Part shown: one piece after another, positions 62,505 through 64,000 of the stretch | Numbering within the stretch: position 1 is the stretch's first letter | Layout of the letters: every line of letters starts with the position of its first letter | NCBI RefSeq assembly: GCF_009914755.1 | Contig: NC_060930.1 | Direction: 5' to 3' (one strand) | DNA from: the human T2T-CHM13v2.0 reference genome, Homo sapiens | DNA: 64,000 nucleotides | Notes under the pieces: generated by a model | What the model saw: only the letters and a program-made list of their open reading frames with translations | Database searches by the model: none | What the model was told of the DNA's origin: nothing | Position numbers and translations under genes: made by a program

Positions 62505-63844
62505 TTTATACAAGTTTCTTATTAGGTCAGCAAATTGTAAAACACATAATTTGCCAAGGCTTTTGAAGCCAGCAGATACTGGGTGAAGTTGCTGTATGAA
62601 TATAATAATAAGAACCGTTTTTGTTCAGCTTGATGAAAAAACTATTCATGTTCTAAATGAAAATGTGAAGATCATCTAATTCTGACAGAAAACCACCTGT
62701 GGACATGGTCTTGTTTCTTTTTATTTCTTCTGTTTTCTACAAAAGATGGCAATATTTATTTAAAGTGCTTTAACAGGATATCCCAGTTAAAGCTTTGACA
62801 GACTGTTTATAGTTCACTTCTGCCCAGGGGCAATTAAAGGCACATTACAGGATAAGCGAGATGACTCCCCGGCCACAGGAGGAGGATGTGTGGGTAGGAT
62901 TATTAATGTTGAAATGAATTATGATAGAGTGACATGTCTGCAAGAGCACCATGGGTTAGTAACTTAACAAGAATTCATATGCAGAAACCCATAATTCTCA
63001 GCAGTTCTTTAGGGTAAATGAAACTAAAGTTTAGGGAGAGAGAACAAGGAGAATTTGCAAAGATATGTATGACAGTATTTAAAAATGTTCTTCCAGCACA
63101 AAGACATTAATCTTCCTTTGTCAAAATAATTCTTTCTGCATGAAAAGTTGGCATGGGGCTCCCAGGCTTCAGGTAAGATGGGAGAAAGGGAGCGTTTCTT
63201 TTTTTTTGTACCAAAGTACTCAATCTTCTGATCTTCCTTGACTTTCACGACATAGGCATATGTCTACTCTGACCAGTTTGTTTCATTTATTGTGGTAAGA
63301 TGTGCTTGTCTTGTGCTTTCCTGGTGCAGAAAAGGAGCTGCCTCGCTCATGCTTGGTGGCCTTTTTGTTCCTACACACAGTGGTTCTCGTACATGGTGGC
63401 TACCACATCCTGGTGTTTGTCTATACTGGGAGAATCAGGCGTTCCAAGTCATCTTGGCTGCCCTAGCTCTGAGCTTCAGGGGATATATGACTCAGAAATG
63501 CTATGCTTTCTGGAATTTGGATATTTCATTTTTATTTGTTTCTTGGTAAATTCTCTTTTGACTTAGGAGAAGCTAACTATTTGGAAAGGTCTCTCAGAAC
63601 TCTAATTACAAATATATGGTACCTTCTTTATATTGATCTCATTTTTAAATACCTAGTCCTGGAGGAAGAGCTAAATATGAATACAGTGATGAGCTGTGTA
63701 GGGGATCTCACAGGAACACAGTCAGATTTCAAGTTGAAAATAGATTCAGTTGATAATACTTAGTACTAGATTCTCCTGAATCGACTTTGGGAATTCTGAG
63801 TCAACCTAAGGACTATATTACAAAGGATCAGACCTTGACTTTTA

Positions 63845-64000
63845 GGCCAGGTGTAGTGGCTCATGCCTGTAATCCCAGCACTTTAGGAAGCCAAGGCAAG
63901 TGGATCACTTCAGTCCAGGAGGTTGAGACCAGCCTGTGCAACACAGCGAGACCCTGTCTCTACCAAAAATACAAAAATTAGCCAGGTGTAGTGTAGCACC
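63845..64000 (+). mobile_element. Alu, cut by the window end
   Basis: ggccaggtgtagtggctcatgcctgtaatcccagc... Confidence 0.88.

Overview
Human genomic DNA, recognisable as the MYB (c-Myb) proto-oncogene locus on the + strand. Positions 1-30.6 kb are the proximal HBS1L-MYB intergenic region, with a full-length dead L1PA element, many Alus, MIR/L2 and hAT-type DNA transposon fossils. Positions ~30.7-33.6 kb are the CpG-island promoter and the start of intron 1, containing the GGA-repeat quadruplex element and the stem-loop/poly(dT) attenuator; a CTCF motif follows at 34.3 kb. MYB coding exons 1-14 run from 31757 to 53568, all with GT-AG introns, and join into 602 codons. The last exon (15) lies beyond the window. 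Alternative exons 8A, 9A, 9B, 10A, 13A (Alu-derived) and probably 14A can be read from the sequence. I found no wholly new gene system. The best less-obvious observations are: (1) the upstream L1 carries a ~196-bp 3' transduction, shown by a second poly(A) tail and a 19-bp target-site duplication; (2) several routes to C-terminally truncated MYB that could escape NMD, including a candidate 21-nt stop-containing microexon in intron 14; (3) the MYB reading frame stays open across the whole 5'UTR; (4) an inverted-Alu arrangement around exons 13-14. Repeat subfamily calls and repeat boundaries were made by eye and are approximate.
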